In this document: piece by piece, positions 13,601 to 56,727 of the stretch
How the letters are laid out: each line of letters opens with the position of its first letter
Position numbering within the stretch: the stretch's first letter is position 1
Notes under the pieces: model-generated
Told to the model about the DNA's origin: nothing
Databases searched by the model: none
Seen by the model: the letters and a program-made list of their open reading frames with translations, nothing else
Source of the DNA: Flaccisagitta enflata
Taxonomy: Eukaryota
Length of the DNA stretch: 64,000 nt
Direction of reading: 5' to 3'
NCBI GenBank assembly: GCA_965153355.1
Contig: OZ231126.1
Coordinates: 31,434,001 to 31,498,000 of the forward strand
Made by a program: the position numbers and the translations under genes

Positions 13601-16600
13601 ACCTTGGCGAAATCCATAACAACATTGTAGTTATTTCCTTGATATGTTGCCGCAAAATTGAAGCTCAACGAATTTGCTTTTTGCTAGTTCCTTTTATATT
13701 TTTTTGGAACAAAGATAAATTCCTGAGCATTACGCAACTGATTTTGGTTTCACTGTATGCTACTTCAGAAACAGACTCTTGTATGAGATATGTTGTCCGG
13801 GCCTGTACATAATTGAGTTCCCCCCCCCGTATCTACACTGTTTTATTGCTTTTTGGGGAAAAAAATCATTGATTCCAAAACGCGATGCGTCGCGTCGTGG
13901 GGAAAGTTTGTCAGTAGCTAACTTAAAGTATACTTCATTCTAACTCAATTGGTACAGTACAGTGAACTCCACATCCATAACAAATTAACCATGCCTCTTT
14001 ATAGGTGCCCACCTTTAAAGAGGTACTTAAGTCCCACAATTTTTTCAGGTTTTTTGGGCAGCGACCCCGAAGGAGACGAAGTCCTGTAGAACACAGGGGG
14101 AATCTGTCCGTACGTCCGTCTGTGTGTACGTCCGTCCCCCCGCCCCATCCTAAGGGCTTCATCTCCTTTGGCGCCTATTCTGACCCAAATTCTGCCAAAT
14201 AGCCCAAATCCAAGCAATATGCTCCAAATCTAAGCAAAATGGCCCAAATCCAAGCATAATGGCCCAAATCCAAGCAAAATGGTCCAAATCTAGTCAGAAA
14301 ACCCCAATTCTGGCCTGAGGTCCATTATTTTGGCCCCTTAGACCTTTATTGTGGCTTTGGATACCTAGATTCTGACCAGAATTGGGCTATTTTCCTTGGA
14401 TTTGGGCCGTTATGCTTAGATTTGGGCCATGTAGCTAGGATTTGGGCTATTTGGCAGAACTGACGGATGGATAGAAAGATTTCCCCTTTGTGGGACGAAA
14501 GAATGGATGGACAGGCGGATGGACAGACGTATGGACGGACAGATTCCCCCGGTGTTCAACAGGACTTCGTCCCCTTTGGGGCAGCTGCCCTGCTCCCCCT
14601 AAATCACACACTTCTCAAGCAGGGCACAGGTACCGCTGACCATTTACTGCCTTTGGGCTGCTATTCAATACTGAAATGCCCCTGCTTAAAAGCCACTGCT
14701 TTTACAGTGACTCGCCTTTTTAGGTCAAGTTTTTGGGCCCTTTAAGCAATTTCACCTTAAATAATGACAAATTACTGAACCTTGAAAACTATCAATAAAG
14801 CAATTTTTCAAAAAGAAAATTATCAATAACTAATCTTATGACTTGGACAACATTACATAACAACCAAAAATAAAATAAGGACAAGAGCCTTGGGAGCTCT
14901 TACTGGTGTTTCATGCGCACCCCTCACAGCTATCCTTAGAATCATCAAAAATCCGTCTTAACCCTTACCAAAGAGTGGCTCAACAGAAACAAATCAACAG
15001 CAAGAAAAACCTATAATTGTCAGCTATTTATGAAATTTGTGTGCTGAATTGTGACCCATGCATCCCATTGTAAAATGCTCATAACATCCATAACCATAAA
15101 TCAAGATTTTCCCACAAATTGAGGACAATTTACCAAGTTACTCTGAGTCAACCTAAACTCTCAATTAGTACTATAGTACTCTCAATAGTAACTAATATTT
15201 ATCCAGATTTGAGCAAAACAAATTACCAAAGGATAAGTATATCATTAAAAGACAATGTAGTTACCAAAGGCAAGGTTGTGAAGAAACCATAACATAAAGG
15301 CACGAATCGAGAGTCAACCTTACTGGGACCGCCGGCATTCTTAACCAAGGTACTAAACTATATGACTTGGACAACACTAGTCATTACATTACAACCAAAA
15401 ATGAAATAAGGACAAGAGCCTTGAGAGCTCTTACTGGTGTTTCATGCGCACACCTCACAACTATCCTTAGAATTATCAAAAATCCATCTTTATCCGTTAT
15501 AAATCACATCTAAATTTCTTGTTAGCATCAATCTTTTAATATGAATATAAATCTATATCGTGATTATGAGATAAAGATTATTAAATTTCATGATAACACT
15601 CCCCCTCTCTTATGGTCATAAATATCCAGTCTCATCCATACCATAATCCCAAAGTCCCGTTGTAGGATTTTTTGTTAATTTTTCAGTTGGTAGTAGCTTT
15701 ATCAAGGATTGAATTCATCAAATCTGATCTCGCCAGATCAGAACGTTTTAAATTGAATCTAACATAACATACAGTTGAACCCCGCTTCAACGAACCCGCT
15801 TTTAATATGACAGATGCTTCTTATTGGTCCCGTTAACCTGGTTTCTTTTATTACTTATATTCGCTATAAAAAACTTCCGCCTACAACTGATAAAGTTTGT
15901 TTGGTCCTTAAAACCCCTTAGAGCGGGATTTAACCGTATGATAGGTGGATCATGGAACAATATCCCTCAGTATAGCTATACCCGAGCAGAAATAAATAAA
16001 AGATGGCCTTGTGAACCCTCACTAATTGTCTGACTAACTGACTGACTGCGGTATTTGATTTCATATTTGATTTTGCCATTCTGTGAAACAAGGCTAACAC
16101 CTATAAGTCGCGTGCGGGACATAGATACCTTAAGATGATTTAAAAAGACATCAAATGACTTAAAAAGACATGAAAAGATAAAAAGCTCTAATTGACTTTA
16201 CTAAACTTGAGTGACTTAATATAACTCAAAATGACCTAAAATGACTTAGAACGACTTAGAATGACTAAGAATGATATAGAATGACTAAAAATGACCTAAG
16301 ATGACTTAAAATGACTTAGAGTAGTAAAAAAGTAAAGATTTGCGGACTGACGGACGGACTGACGGACCGACAGATGGACGGACAAAGCGGAATGTAGAGT
16401 CACGCGCACGCGACTTAAAAAATAGACCTAGACCTAGACCTAGACCTAGTCGTGATTCTAGGATGAACCCATCCTAAGCAGGTTCATCTCCGCAGTGCAA
16501 CCAAAAAGAACATGTAACATTTAACGCTCACATTTTTCATGTCGTTTTTGTGGACAATATAACGGGCGGCGCGTTGGTTGGTCGGCTTGTTTGCCTATCT

Positions 16601-17251
16601 GTCTGTCTGTCTGGCTGCTCAGTCTCCGTGCCATCGCGACATACATCTTTTTTTTTTTTTTTTTTGCTAATCAACTGTCAACCGCAAATACAGTTACATT
16701 CCGCAAAAACGGATCAAAAAATAACAGAGATCCGAGTATAATGGACACAAATTCTAATTCCTGCATGCTTTTTGATTCTTAAGTTGGCAAAAACTGAAAT
16801 CCACTTATCATATAAAGAACATAATCTAACAGTCTTGTAATTCGTTATAAATTGCGGTGACGAAATGTGCCTTTTTTATTGAGTAAGGACAAAGTTTATG
16901 AGGACATGAGGCTGAAATTTTCTTAAAATTAAAGGACATTTTAAACACAACCCCCAGCCTCAAATTCAAAATCATTGCTGTGAAAATTGTTTACAAAATA
17001 AATCTTCAAAAAGGAAAAAGTAATTTTTGTATTTATTATACATTGAATCTGTTTATTATTTAAACAAATACAAATTAATCATTGCAACATTTTATATTCT
17101 CAAATAATTTTTTAGACAAATTCAAGTTTTTACAATTTTCATTTTGTTAACAATATAAAACTAAAAAAAATATTAAGGACACATTAAGAACATTTCAGCC
17201 TCAAATCTGAAAAAATTTAAGGATATCCCAGCCTCAAAAAAATTTTTACTA

Positions 17252-17652
17252 CAGAGAGAAGGTTAATATAAGGTGTGAACCCCTGAAAACTGTAACACCC
17301 TCACCTGCAGCTCTAACCGATTAAATTATAGTCATTATAAAGGAAGAGGAAAAATGTTTATATCAATACAAGTGGCGTCACCTGAGCGATTTTTCATTTT
17401 TATTTTTTAAGTAAAGATATAGCTTAATATAGTATTAAAATTAACTATTACTATAAGTTCATAAAATCAAGAATTTTCAATTATAATTTGAGACTGGAAT
17501 GGAATTTGCAAAATCGCTCTTGTGGTGCCACTTGTATAGTCATAAGCTTTAATTAACAACATTAAATTTATTATTCATTGCTATAGTTTGAGCTGTAAGG
17601 GGGGGTGCTACAGTTATAGGGGGGTTCACATCTTATATTTCTCCTTCCTCTG
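17252..17652. mobile_element. TA-flanked MITE
   Basis: Imperfect inverted termini CAGAG..AATATAAG.TGTGAACCCC. Confidence 0.65.
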
Positions 17653-18452
17653 TAATCCTTAAAAACTGAAAAGAGTGTACTATGAATCCATGTAACACAT
17701 TTTTTTCCGTAAACTATTTTAGATAAAATGCATCCAGTGTCATTAAAGTTCTTTTTCGTATTTTTAGTTGCGGACACGCAACTCTATAAGAGGCTTTGTC
17801 CGTCCGTCCGTCCGTCCGTCCGTCCGTCCGTCCGTTGGTCGGTCGGTTGGTTGGTTGGTCCGTCACGCTCGAGTTGAAAACGCGAGAAACGCGCATTTTA
17901 CGATTCTGCAGCTGTCATTGAATGTGTGTGGGAGTATGTTAGTGTGTGGGAAGGGGGTTTTGGCGAGGCTGGGGGTTGGCTGCCCCTGCCCACCCGTTCG
18001 CAACGATATTGTGACCCCCGCGTCACTTGTTTTTCCGTAAACTATTTTAGATAAAATGCATCCAGTGTCGTTATGGTTCTTTTTCGTATTTTTTTTCGTA
18101 ATAAGCGGGATGCTGTCTACATCTTTACGTAATTCTAATTTCTTTTTTATTGTTTTAAACAGGTTTCTTTTAAGTAAGGGAAAAACGAAGAAATTTCATC
18201 ACGTTTCAATTTAAAATTCAAAAAACAAAAAAACAAATAAACAAAAGAACAAAAGAAACAAAAAAACATCTGGGGGAGATAGCTAAAAGGAAAAAGAGAA
18301 AAGAAGAAAAAAAGAAAGACAGAACAAAAGAAAGAAAGAAAAAAACAGTTAGAAAAAAAAACAAATGTAGAAATTAACAGATGGCGTTGAAAACCTCCAA
18401 TAGGTAAAAAAAAAACCTGTTTTGCTTCACATCGACTTTTCTGTAGTAAAAG

Positions 18453-47358
<28,906 letters not shown>

Positions 47359-49531
47359 TGATCGGAGAGCTGGTAGATGCTTCTCTCTTTAAATCTCTTA
47401 TTGTTGATTCTGGTTGTTTTCCTTTTATTGTTTTTGTAGATTTGTTAAAAGGTTTGACGTCGTTATTTCCAATACATTGGATGTTAGTTGTTATTTACCG
47501 ATATAAAACCTGTTCATGACTTCATGTGCACATCGAATTACTATGGATAGATACAGTCAAATTACAGACTCTTTGCGGAGAGAGTCATTAAATTCATGAG
47601 TACGGTCTAATGCCACGCAACCGTTTGGCTATTTCAATGGTCACTATGCCCGTTTGTCTTGCCACGCGTATCAATAAAAAAGACGCACTTTTGAATGGCT
47701 TATGGCGGCAGCAAATTTCAATAAAACCTAATGAAATTTTAGATCATTGGAAAGCCCTTTGAAAATACTTTCATATGGTTTCAATCTGGTATTTCTATCT
47801 TTTTTCACTCGGAAATGCATTAGTTTGAATGAAAACTTTGCCTTTTCATTTTCACAATCCCTATATAAAAAGTGCCTTTCAGCAAAATAGAGCTTCTCTT
47901 TGAAAGGCTCTAGTTCTTAAATCATTCAAGATAAACACCTGGGATTGGTCTAGATTGAAAGATTTTTTTAAAAATCTTCAAAAATGTCTCAATCTAAAAA
48001 AGTTTTAACATTTTTTTATATCTGTGAAAATATATCAATGAATAGAAGGGTGTGTCTTTTTTTTTTTAAACGCGTGGTAGTCACAGTTTTTTCCACTTCA
48101 TATTCGATGCAAACTGTAATATCTCTCTTGTCATGACTCTACCAGTGAACGTTGATCAACAAATTGTTCTCTTAATTTATTGCTATAAGTGAATTGATTG
48201 CTGTTGTTCTGTACATACAGATATCATGTGAATAAAAGGGTTCTTGTTCTGTACCTTTTTTTCCTCGCGCCTTCGCACCTACATCTCTCTACAAAAACAA
48301 AAACAAGAACAAAAACAAAAAATAGAAACAAAAAAAGAAATAGAAATAGATACCACGCGAATAAAAAAAAAAGACGCACTTTTAAATGACCATTTTAGCC
48401 ATTTTCTCTTTGATTTCAAGTTAAATGTTTTGCACTATTGAAAAGCCCAGTTTTTAAGCTTTGAGAATCAAAAAGAAAAAGTTCTTAATCTTGAGGCGTT
48501 TGGGCGTTGTAGTAAAAAAAAGAGTAAAAATAGTCAAGAATCGTTTTCACAATTCCATAAGAGAAAAAGAATTCAAGATAATCAGTGTTTCACTTTGATG
48601 AGCTATAACTTTTAAACCGTTTAAGATACAGACTTGGGATTGGTCTAGAATGAAAGAAAATTCGAAAATCTTCAAAATTACTTTGACTGAAAAATGTTTG
48701 AAAGTTTGTCTTAAGTAATTTCATAAGATAAAGAAACAATAAACAATTTTTTTAATGATTTTGTATTTTGTCATGTGTTCAAAATAGTAGTTGTCTTTGA
48801 CTGGCTGTAACTTTTAAACGGTTTGAGATACAGACCTGGGACTGGTCTAGATTGAAAGAAAATTTGAAAATCTTCAAAATACTTTCAATGGAAACATTTT
48901 AGAACAATTTTTTTTAGTCTGTTCTATCAATAAATGACCAGGTGCGTCTTTTTTTTTTATACGCGTGGTAAATATGAAAATGAAAATGAAAATGATAGTG
49001 AAAAAGGTTTGCACGCTATGTATGTCCCTAGTTTTATTTCAAGTCTAAACGAGATTTTTCATTTCACATTAGTAACAAATCTCTGTAACAGCAGAACATG
49101 GAAAAACAATGCATAAACGTCAATTAGGGAATTTTTCTGTTTTCCTTAATGCTAAGTTAAATCTTCAGGCTTACTCTCCGATTTGGAAGTCCCGTTTTCA
49201 TCGCTTTGATGGAGTGATTGATTGCTCTTAGAGTCTGAAAGTGAGGAGAAGATAAAAGTCAATAATTAAGCACAGACTAGCCACTAGATCCAATAAATGG
49301 AAGGAATGTCGCCTTTTTTCCCTGAGAAAAAAACAAGGTTGTATTAACGACCACCGCATATATATGGAAGAAAGAAACGGATACTAGCAACTCTTCATGA
49401 AGCCGATACAGTTCTTTGCCTGATCCAATTGGTAAAGAATTTAAAATCAAAAAAGTAAAAATTTTGTTGTCAGATCATTTTAGAAGCGTTCAAAGTTTGG
49501 CAACATACTTGGGCCCGACAAACATTACCAT

Positions 49532-50637
49532 TAGGGAAGAGTGGGGTAAAATGGGTCAGCAGGGTAAAAGGGGTCACCTATCTTTTTTTTAAATTTCGCT
49601 ATAATTTGTTGGAATGAAGCAGTTTTTGCTTCTGGTCTGGGGGACAGGATGCCATGTCCTCCTCCAAGATAGATAATTGCCCCTTGCTGGTAATATTTGG
49701 ATGTATTGTGAAATTAGATAGTAAATTTATAAAAATTGTTTGTCGCCAGGTATAAAACCAACATCTTGTTTCCATGGAGACCGAATAGATGAGGAAAGCA
49801 ATTACCCACTGCCTACGTACTATAGATGGATGGTTAAATGTGGGCAGTGATAGTTTTCAATTTTACGTATAATTAGCTTAAAAGATTGTATGGAAATTCA
49901 CCCCTGTGTCCTACAGGACATTGGCCCTTTGGGGTCGCTGCCCAAAAGCATGCATGTTGTAGGTGAAAAATGAAAAACCGCAATATGCAAATGAGATCAA
50001 TGTGCAAATTTTAAAAATTAGCATGTAAACACACCAAACATTGAATCAGCACAGTACAAATGATCAAAATACATCAAATTCAGCCCAAATTAACAAAAGA
50101 TGTTGAAAAATTAGTATTTTCATAGCAAAAAACTCGATTTTTGGTACAAAAAAATCGTTTCTTATTCTTTTGGCTCAAGTCAGGTCAAAATAAACATCAG
50201 AATCGGATTCTGCAGCCTTTTCAGGTCCCCTATGCATAAATCTGTGATGGGTCCAATTTTTTTTTCAAAACCCTTAAAATTGAGATTTTCTCCAACCGGA
50301 ATCCTGTCCGTAATGCGTTGTAACTCCTCACTTGGTATAAAGTAGTGGTCGATATTTTTCTAAATAAGGTAGGTGACCCATTTTACCCTACTCGTTTTTA
50401 AAAAATGGGGGTTGCCCTCCTTGCCTATTTTTTGGAGGCGAGTTTCTTTTTTGTGGTAGTAGAGAAAAAACACATTGTCCATACTCAATCATAATCATAA
50501 TCATAATCAATCATAAAATTCCTCATTTTCATAAAGAATTGAGAATTGAGAATTGAGAATTGAGAATTGAGAATTGAGAATTGAGAAATATTAAAAAACT
50601 AATAAAAAAGTGACCCATTTTACCCCACTTCACCCTA
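49532..50637. mobile_element. MITE with TAGGG..AGTGGGGTAAAATGGGTCA TIRs
   Basis: About 27-bp inverted termini and subterminal copies of the motif. Confidence 0.7.
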
Positions 50638-51958
50638 CTTAATGGATCAAAGCGGAAAATCAATTTTTGTACGACAGTTCCTTGTCTGTTAAATTAGCTT
50701 CTTCATCCGACTCTGACAATTTGATCAGATTGAGGTCTGAACTATTTCCAGACCGGCTTGAGGCCACCTTAACACCAGCTTAACACCATGGTCTTAACGA
50801 AATGTTGCATTTGTCTCCGGCAATGTTACCCGTCAAACCATGAAATCCCAAAAAGTAATTTTTCGCCATTTTCTACTTAAGGTGGCAATTTTGTTTTGCT
50901 TGTCATTTCTGAACGGTTGAGCTTAAAGCAATGCGGTTTGCGCCATTAGCTCGGAAATTTGATGAAGTTTCCAGGCATCACCAATTTTCTTATGTTTGCA
51001 TTATTGTTTTGGTAGTTATGCCCCATAATGCTTGTCGTTATACATATTAGCAAGATAGTGGTTATAAGTGTGCGAAGGAAAATTTGTATTCATTTGAAGA
51101 AAAAAACACTTTAGAGTCATTTTGAATAAGTTTGATCATTTGAATAGTATCAGTTGGGTTTAAGAATGACCATTGAATCCATTTGCCATGATCTGTTTTT
51201 CAGAAGGTTTAGAAACCAGAGGGAGCCTTTCAAAGTGGAAGCCTTTACATTTCTACTAGTATGCCATTGCAAAAGCAAATTTGGCAATACTTTACTCAAA
51301 ACAAAACAAGTAACGCGGGGTTACATATCAGACCAACACACCAACACACTAACACACCAAAAGTCCGTTGGACGGACAGACAGAATCTTATATATATATA
51401 CAAGTTTTATCCTAAATGAGAGGGCTGTTAAACTAGCTAGGAACTTAATTAGTTTATTTGAAATATGGCGAGATACAGTAAATCTTGTTTAGACTTGAGA
51501 TAACGGGGGCAAGCATTATGGAAAAACAAATAAAGCAAGGGGACTGATATTTGGAATATAAACTTATAAAAGAATGATTTATTGCCCATGATGGTTAGTT
51601 GTTATGGAATCACATTTCCATGCATTTCCACAATAATATCAATGTTTTGAGAATTTTTTGAGGGAACATTGCAAAAAATTGAATTTGAACTTTCCCATTA
51701 TATGTTCTGTAAGAATGTAGCTCATTTTGCCATTTTCACATGGATATGCTCTGTAGCAACGGCCTAAAATATTCTTACAGAACATTGTGGGAAAGTTAAA
51801 GCAAATTTAATTTTAACTAATATTCCCTTAACATATCTCAAAATATGGCTATTATAGCAGAAATACATGGAAATATGTTTCCATGGCAACCGATAAGCAT
51901 AAGGAATAAATCGTTCTTTCATTAGTTTATATTTCAAATATCAGCCCCCTAGCTTAAT

Positions 51959-52185
51959 TAGTCGCGTGCTACGCGACTCTACAACCCGCTTCGTCGGTCT
52001 GTCCGTTGGTCCGTTGGTCTGTTGGTCCGTCGGTTGGTCTGTCCATCCATCCGTCCGTCACACTTTACTTTTTTTGGGGTTTTGCGGTTTTTGGTCTCAC
52101 TGCTCCTGCCCAAATGATCTGGTGACCTCAATTACAGCCCCTGCCCACGCGAAACTGAGGTAGCCGTGTATCCAGCCTTGTTTTT
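51959..52185 (+). mobile_element. Short Helentron/DINE-like element with a (CCGT/GGTC)n core (representative copy)
   Basis: 5' hairpin AGTCGCGTGC.ACGCGACT, tetranucleotide core, 3' GCCGTGTATCC.GCCTTGTT; relatives at about 936-1082, 8957-9562, 16066-16420, 17764-18032, 27237-27352, 32820-32970, 39545-39655, 61120-61240. Confidence 0.7.
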
Positions 52186-53098
52186 TAAGCAGCGGCCCCG
52201 GAGGGCAATTTTTCCGATCTGATGTCAGTGTCCACCCCCCCCCCCCCGAAGCCCCAAATCAGGCCTCTCAGACCTCAGAGCAGGCCTCTCAGACCTCAAA
52301 TCAGGCCTCTCAGACCCCAAATCAGGCCTCTCAGACCTCAAAGCAGGCCTCTCAGACCCTAAATCAGGCCTCTCAGACCTCTTATCAGGCCTCTTAGGCC
52401 TCAACTCAGGCCTCCGGACCTCTTATCAGGCCTCTCAGACCCCAAATCAGTCCTCTCAGACCTTAAATCAGGCCTCTTAGACCCCAAATCAGGCCTCTCA
52501 CACCTCTTATCAGGCGTCTTAGGCCCCAATTCAGGCCTCCAAACCTCTTTTCAGGCCTTTCAGACCCCAAATCAGGCCTCTCAGACCACAAATCTGGCCT
52601 CTCAAACTACAAATCAGGCATCTGGGATCTCTAATCAGGCCTCTCAGACCCCAAATCAGGCCTCTCAGACCTCTTTTCAGGCTTCTTAGGCCTTACCTCA
52701 GGCCTTCCAGACCTCTTATCAGGCATCTCAGACCCTATATCAGGCCTCTCACACCCCAGATCAGACCTCTCACACCCAGATCAGACCATATGGACCCCAG
52801 ATTAGACTTCTCAGACCCAAGATCATGCCTCCCAAAAAAAAAGCCCTGTGTGGAATCATAGGTCATCGACCCCTCCGCGGCCGCTGCCCCATTACCTCAT
52901 CACTACAATACTAAATGATATCCATGGGGCATCGGGAACCGCTGACCATAATGACGCTTGAGCGGCCTGTTTCTACATAATGCTTGCCCCGTTATCTCAA
53001 GTCTAGACAAGATACGCGGTATGACAAGGTCACATATCATGCGACTAAAAATGTACACAGATAAACGGTCAATCCGCAACTCTTGAATCCACAATTAC

Positions 53099-53338
53099 CG
53101 AGCTTCTTGCAGATTGGTTTTTCCTCCACGCATTTGTTCCTCATTGCTTTGATATCGCCCCAATCCCACCACCACATCGAGCCATCGCCCCAATCTTTTG
53201 TGAGCGTGTGTGGGTCGCTCGCAGTTTTTCCTTCCATCGGGATGATTGCTTGTCTGTCGTTTTGACTTCCTTTGCCTAATGGTTTTTGAGAATCCTTGAT
53301 ATTAGTCGATTTTGCGATGACATCACTTTTTATTGTCA
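53099..53338 (-). CDS. Possible isolated coding exon of an unknown gene
   Basis: 240-bp open frame between gcacag and gtaatt, phase 1/1, non-repetitive; no partner exons established. Confidence 0.3.
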
Positions 53339-54809
53339 CTGTGCAAAACCACTAACAGGCTGTAAGGAGAAATAATAAGACCAAATTGGAAAATGTGATG
53401 TTTTTTTACCGTTGCAACCAAAGGAAGTGTGGCTGTGTATGAACATACTGGGCCAATCAATTTTTTTTCTTTTTTTCATTTGGAAAAAAGTCGAAGAAAC
53501 AAAGTTCCTTCGGCTTTTTGAGTCCTGCAGAGATTTTTGGATTTCCCTATTTGGGCAGCACACAGGTGAGGAATTTTCTCCTCCTCCTCCTTCTCCTCCT
53601 TCATACCCCCCTCAAAGTCCAGCCTCGAGGCCCAAATTCCAGTCTCGAGGCCCAAATCCCAGTCTGGAGGCCCAAATCCCAGCCTCAAGGCTCAAATCCC
53701 AGCCTCAAGGCCCAAATCCTAGCCTCAAGGCCTAGATTCCAGCCTTGAGGCCAAAATCTCAACCTTGAGGTCCAAATCCCAGCTTAGAGGGCAATGTCCC
53801 AGCCTCAAGGCTAGGATTGGGGCCTTGAGGCTAGGATTTGGGCCTTGAGGCTGGGATTTGGGCTTTGTGACTGGAATCTGGGCCTCGAGGCTGGGCTTTG
53901 AGGGGGGGAACAGGGGAGGAGAAGGAGGAGGGGGGGAAAATTCCCCATATGTGTGAAAGCGTAGGTCATTGACCCCTTCGGGCCGCTGCCCTGCTTCCCC
54001 TTCAACTTCAAGCCTCTACTACTTAGGCAGGGCACGGGTACCGCTGACCATCTAACGCTTTTGCGACTATTCTCATGAGGCGTTTGGGTAAGTTGATGAG
54101 TTTTTGGGGCCAAATCATGCTACGCATGAAATTAACAGCTGTGAAAGAGCTAATTCCCCTTTTGGGCAGCGGCCCCTTTGGGGCCGATGACCCATGCTTT
54201 CACATATGCAGGATTTTTTCCTTCTTCTCCTCCTTCTCCTTCTCCTCCTCCGTCCCCCCCCCAGCGACTGGGCTCAAATCCCTGTCTTGAGCGTCAATTT
54301 CCAGCCTAGAGGGTCAAATCCCAATCTCTCTCTAAAATCTAGTTTTAAGGCTCAAATCCCAGCCTTGAGGCTTCAATCCCAGCCTTGAGGCTTCAATCCC
54401 AGCCTTGAGGTTTCAATCCCAGCATTGAGGCTTCAATCCCAGCCTGGAGGCTCAAATACCAGCCTTGAGGCTTCAATCCCAGCCTTGAGGCTCAAATCCC
54501 AGCTTTGAGGCTCAGTTCCCTGCCTTAAGGCTATATTGACAGCGTTGAGGCTCAGCCTCAAGGTTCAAATCCCAGCCTCAAGGCTCCATTCCCAGCATGG
54601 AGACATGATTCCCAGCTTTGAGGCTCAATGCCCAGCTTTTAGGCTCAAATTCTAGCCGCAAGGCTCAAATCCCATCCTCAAAGCTCAAATTCTGGTCTTC
54701 AGGGTCAAATCCCAGCATCAATGCTCAAATCTAAGCCTTATGCCTCAAAAAATACAGAGCATAGGTCATTGGCTCCTTTGGGGCCGCTGTCCCTCTCACC
54801 ATCACACTT

Positions 54810-55320
54810 GGGTGCTTCACATAGCAAAAGTTGGGAGTATCCCTTCACCCTACTTAGGTAACGTGGAGGAGCAAAAATCATGAAAATGATCATTTTCTTT
54901 TTTTCAAAATTCCTTCATCTTCCGTTTTTGTTTTGGCCTTAAAGTTTTCACTGATTTCCCAGAATTCAGCAAAATCCTGTGTAGTTTTGTTACAAAAAGG
55001 AGAATCATTTGTTTTAAAAAATCATGATGCATGAAAAAATAAACTAAAATATCAGAACATAAGTTATGAATGAGCAAATGAAAAGGCAGAATTGCAATTC
55101 TATGAAGAGTAGAGAATTATAAAAGCTGATTCAAATAATGTCAGTATATTGTTTTATCCCACTGCATTATGCAAATTAGGTCCTCAAAAGCAATTTTCTA
55201 AAAAATGGAAGATGAACGATTTTTGATAACACAAAAATGGTAAGGGTCTTAAAATTGGTCACTCCATATTAGGTAAAGAGGGCGAAAAGAAATAACCAAC
55301 TTTTGCTATGCGAAGCACCC
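54810..55320. mobile_element. MITE with GGGTGCTTC.CATAGCAAAAGTTGG TIRs
   Basis: 25-bp inverted termini. Confidence 0.75.
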
Positions 55321-56727
55321 AACTTTTGCGACTTTTTGAATCTTTTTTTATTTTTCCGCATTTTGCCCAAAATGCTAAAATTCTAAAATTCTTTTATTTG
55401 CTTAATTAAAAGCCCAAAGTGCCGGTAATGATGTGTTAGCCAAGGTAATGATGTTAAGTCAGATGACTGCTCAGCAGGATGAGCGAAGTTAGCCATGGAG
55501 TCAAGCCATCATTCGCACAAAGAAGTCAGGTTTACAGCAGATTAAGTCAGCTGTGGACAGTCCACCCCAGGACACTGAAAGACAAGAAGGCAAGCTGCAA
55601 AGCAGGTCTGTGCTATTGGGGCATGACACCCATGGACATCAAAAATACATTAACCACTGAACGACCGCACTAATATCATTGTTACAATGGTGCATTTCGC
55701 CGAATTTTTCATGGCATACAGCTGTGGAAGATCTGACTCAAGTACGTCTGTATATCAAGCCGCTCCTCTTTGGCGTTTTGAGCCACATCCCTCTTGTGGT
55801 GCACCAATCTTGCCCTGTCCTTATGCAAGATCCTGAGTCCTCTCAAGTACAAGAGTCATAGGACAAGTAATTTAGGCCATAGTTTCAAGGCTCAAGCGAT
55901 AAGTGAACGAACCCTTTGAGAAACCTTTGGGAAAAACCTACTCAGTCCTGGTCTGTGGAACTTTGGAAAAGCCGTAAGAGTGAGTCTCGTAATGGGCAGT
56001 GGGGCACCATAACCGCAGCCTGAAGACAAGCTTGGGCATATTTGAAGCGCGCAGGAAGGAGGAGGAAGCTAAGCTTATAGGTTGGCCTCAACATATTTCC
56101 AAACTTTCATTCTTCCCTTCTTTTACAAGCGGTAGTGGGGAGTTAACCAGTGGCCGCCGCTCGTGGAAATTCTGCATATCTCGTGGTGCAGCGTGGAAGC
56201 GGAATCTATTATAAGAAAACTCCTGAAGGAACTTTCTTCCCATTTCACGGAATCTTCAATTCTGCACGACGCAATTTCACTGGTCTTGGGAGGCGGCGCG
56301 GGAAACAGCCTTTCGAGTGGGATTTTGAAGACGCAGCAATTGAAAGTTTCAAAACTCTTTCAAACTCTTTTTCTCGGCGAAAAGTATCCAATTTGGCAAC
56401 CTAGAACGGGAGTGAATTTCAAACTTTTTCGGTAAAAACCTCTGCTTAACGAATGTTGGTGGTGTGGAGGACTTTTGATGAGTGAGGAGGAGAATTTTGA
56501 CTTTCCAAATACTGTTTTTAAAAACCGTTCTAAATACTGTCCCAAATACTGTCCTAATTCCGTGCAAAAATCTAAATGTTATGAAACCAACCACCGAATG
56601 ATGGTTTTGAATGCTTTTATGCACCAAAGAGTGCGAGAATGTTCTTATCTAAACTGTGTGAAAATGTTTTCCACTGAAAATTAAATGGGATACATGATAA
56701 TCATTTCAACCTCATCAAGCGATCAAA

